A program made the position numbers and the translations under genes. 64,000 bases of DNA, from assembly GCA_010093815.1 (NCBI GenBank), contig ML996567.1. The stretch is one strand, 5' to 3'. The DNA is from Pseudovirgaria hyperparasitica (taxonomy: Eukaryota). A model generated the notes under the pieces. The model had not been told where the DNA came from and made no database searches. It worked only from the letters and a program-made list of their open reading frames with translations. Positions 60,918 to 64,000 of the stretch are shown piece by piece; positions within the stretch are counted from its first letter, which is position 1; each line of letters opens with the position of its first letter.

Positions 60918-61795
60918 ATGTCTACTGCTGTTCACGTTAAGAACATCTCTAGTCAGACTTCGGAGAAGGAAGTTCGCGATTTCTTCAGCTTCTGGTGAGT
61001 CTTTGTCTGGTGGCAACACTGCTTCACTCCCTTCTGACCAAAAACAGTGGCAAGATCTCGACTCTCGCCCTCACCCCCGATGACAACAGCACTCAGTCCG
61101 CTCTTGTGACCTTTGAGAAAGAGACTGCTGCCAAGACAGCTCTGCTCCTCGACAACACACAACTTGGTACTTCGCAGGTCAAGGTTGAGAGCGCAGCACC
61201 AAATACCACTGCCGGAGAGAAGGCCCCTGCCTCGCCGGAAACAACCAAGGACCATGATGATGTTACTCAAGATGACAAGCCCCGCTCTCGCGTCGTGGCT
61301 GAATACCTAGCCCATGGCTACCATATTTCAGACCAAGCCATAGAGCGGGCCCTGGCCATGGATCAACAGCACGGTGTCAGCACCAAGTTCACGAACGCTC
61401 TCAAGTCTTTCGATGAACGCTTCAAGGCAACCGAGAAAGCTCAAGCAGTCGATGCCAAATTTGCTGTGTCTGCTCGTGCCAACGCTGGTTGGCAAGGTCT
61501 GAGCTCCTACTTTGAGAAAGCTCTTGGCACTCCTACCGGACAGAAGCTTCGTACCTTCTACGAACAGGGCAACAAGCAGGTGCTCGATGTCCATAACGAA
61601 GCTCGCCATCTCGCAGATCTCAAGAAGGGCGGGAAGAATGGTACTCCGGAGAAGGTCTCTGGATCGGATCGCACCAAATGCAACTGTGCTGCTGACGGTG
61701 GCGTATGCGGATGTGCTCCTAGCGAGTGCGCATGCGCTAGCTGCCCGAAGAACGCAGAGACCGAGAAGGCGTCCACTGAGGCGACCAAGGCATAA
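60918..61795 (+). CDS. vip1: RRM protein, Vip1-like, with C-terminal Cys cluster; intron 60995-61047
   Basis: VHVKNISSQTSEKEVRDFFSFC|GKI, VTFEKETAAKTALLL, KPRSRVVAEYLAHGY, DVHNEARHLADLK. Confidence 0.82.
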
Positions 61796-62453
61796 GCTAC
61801 ATTTTGTAATGTTCACCGTCTGTTGTGGTTGGCGCGGTGTTGGGGAGAGAAAAATTGTTACTACGATGAGAGCTCGTCAAAGTTGGGAATCGGCGTTTCC
61901 ACGGTGCTATTTACCTGTACCATAGGATTAAATGCTATACTTAGCTTAGTCACAATCATAGTGTGTGTTTCACACTGATGCAATGAAATAATTTCTATAC
62001 AGATTGACATATGTAAGAGGGCTACGCGCTACATCACAATAATATGTCTCTTGTTGTATTACTAACTCGTAGCTCCAGGCCACTTCCCGGGATTCGCAGC
62101 CGAGGATGACAGCATTTGGCAGTATCGAAAGGCTTCCCATTGGCTGAGACTTCGTTCGACCCTTCTCCGCGCGACCGGAAACCAATTAGCATTAGCACGA
62201 CTGCTGGCCGAGGCCATCGTCATGAATCAGTGCAGTATATCCTTCGGTTCAAAGCGCAGCGATGCGCATTCGTATACACGATCCTGTAATCTTATAGACC
62301 TCCTCCGCTCTATAATTCACTCGAGGTATCATACATATATATCTCTCCCCCCAACAGCCGTAGCTATCTTATCGAGTGCCTTAATCGCCATTGGCCGCCG
62401 CACACAATTCGGGTCATAGCTCCTCCCAGCCCACCTGCAGCATTTTCGCCACA

Positions 62454-64000
62454 ATGAATCGCGACAAGCAGAAGCAGTCAAAGCCAAATCAGCTCACCGG
62501 GAAAGATATCGCAAAGCACAACTCTAGAGACTCGTGCTGGGTCATTATTCACGGCAAAGCGTACGATGTAACGGAATTCCTGCCAGAGCACCCAGGTGGT
62601 CCCAAGATCATTCTGAAGTATGCTGGAAAAGATGCGACTGAGGAGTACGAGCCCATCCACCCGCCTGACACGCTCGACAAGTACCTACCAAAGGAGAAAC
62701 ATCTGGGAGAAGTGAACATGGACACTGTCGAGAAAGAAGAGAAAGAGGTGGATCCAGACGAGGAAGCGAGGCTGGAGAGGGTCAAGACGATGCCAATTCT
62801 GGAGCAGTGCTTCAATCTTATGGACTTTGAGGCTGTTGCAAGGCGTGTCATGAAGAAGACCGCCTGGGCATACTATTCCAGTGGCGCTGACGACGAGATC
62901 GTGAGTTTTAGGTGTCCATACCGGAGCCCAATCGCTTACTCCTGCAACAGACAATGCGTGAGAACCACTCGGCATACCACAAAATATGGTTCCGCCCGCG
63001 CGTCCTCCAGAATGTAAAGAACATCGACTTCTCTACCACGATGCTCGGTACGAAAGTCGACATTCCCTTCTACGTAACCGCTACTGCTCTCGGAAAGCTA
63101 GGTCATCCCGAGGGCGAGGTCGTGCTCACACGCGGGGCGAAGAAGCATAATGTCATCCAAATGATCCCGACCCTCGCATCATGCTCCTTCGATGAGATCG
63201 TCGACGCTCGTGAAGGCGACCAAGTGCAATGGCTGCAGCTCTACGTCAACGCGGACCGCAAGATCACTGAGAAGATCGTCAAGCACGCCGAGGCACGTGG
63301 CTGCAAAGGTCTCTTCATCACTGTCGATGCACCTCAACTTGGTCGCCGCGAGAAAGATATGCGGAGTAAATTCTCGGATGTTGGGTCCAATGTGCAGTCC
63401 AGCGGTGGCAGCGACGTAGATCGAAGTCAGGGTGCTGCGCGTGCCATCTCGAGCTTCATCGATCCTGCACTCTGTTGGGACGATATCCCATGGTTCATGA
63501 GCATCACCAAGATGCCAATCATCCTCAAGGGCGTGCAGCGTGTGGAAGACGTCATTCGTGCGATCGAAGTCGGCGTCCAGGGCGTCGTACTTTCGAACCA
63601 CGGCGGTCGCCAGCTCGATTTCGCACGCTCCGGCATCGAAGTTCTTGCCGAGGTGATGCCCGTTTTGCGCGAGCGCGGCTGGGCCGATCGAATCGAGATA
63701 TTTGTCGACGGTGGTGTACGGCGCGCGACGGACATTATCAAGGCTTTGTGTCTTGGTGCCAAGGGCGTTGGTATTGGGCGGCCGTTTCTATATGCGATGA
63801 GTGCGTACGGACTGCCTGGTGTTGACCGTGCGATGCAGCTGCTCAAGGATGAGATGGAGATGAATATGCGGCTGATTGGGTGCTCCAGTGTGGAAGAGCT
63901 GAACCCGACGCTTGTCGATACTAGAGGACTGAGTATGCACACGACAAGTGTGCCATCAGATACGCTTGGTCTCAATGTTTATGATCCGCTTGTTGGGCCG
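62454..64000 (+). CDS. CYB2: Flavocytochrome b2-like FMN-dependent alpha-hydroxy-acid dehydrogenase with cytochrome b5 domain; intron 62901-62950; runs off the 3' end
   Basis: HN...CWVII.GK.YDVT.F..EHPGG, AWAYYSSGADDE, WLQLY, TVDAPQLGRREKD, SNHGGRQLD, DGGVRRATD. Confidence 0.9.

Overview
Eukaryotic DNA from a filamentous ascomycete (Pezizomycotina, possibly a Dothideomycete; inferred, not certain). The evidence is short GT-AG introns with CTRAC/CTAAC branch points and a fungal gene set. I can support about 27 protein-coding genes. Most are conserved housekeeping genes: Slh1/ASCC3 helicase (5' truncated), ARO4-type DAHP synthase, GOT1, IES6 and ARP5 head-to-head, grg1/ccg-1, Aquarius/Cwf11, complex I NUXM, BTA1, a fungal TACC protein, mL50, ERG13, Psk1/Ypk3, an MFS transporter, a CFEM/Pth11-like receptor, a Vip1-like RRM protein and a CYB2-like gene (3' truncated). 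Two accessory-looking islands stand out. (1) At 3.3-8.7 kb, a small Cys-rich ORF, a degenerate ~200-bp duplication, an atypical kinase and a HET-ankyrin protein form a candidate non-self/cell-death module. (2) At 41.6-49.5 kb, a microsatellite-rich block holds a bacterial-type fold-III PLP enzyme and a divergent pair of spliced genes that the ORF track fragments. One gene of that pair assembles into a PD-(D/E)xK nuclease-like protein whose ExK motif is split by an intron. I recognised no tRNA, rRNA, CRISPR array or intact transposon. All family calls come from motif recognition by eye; no searches were run.
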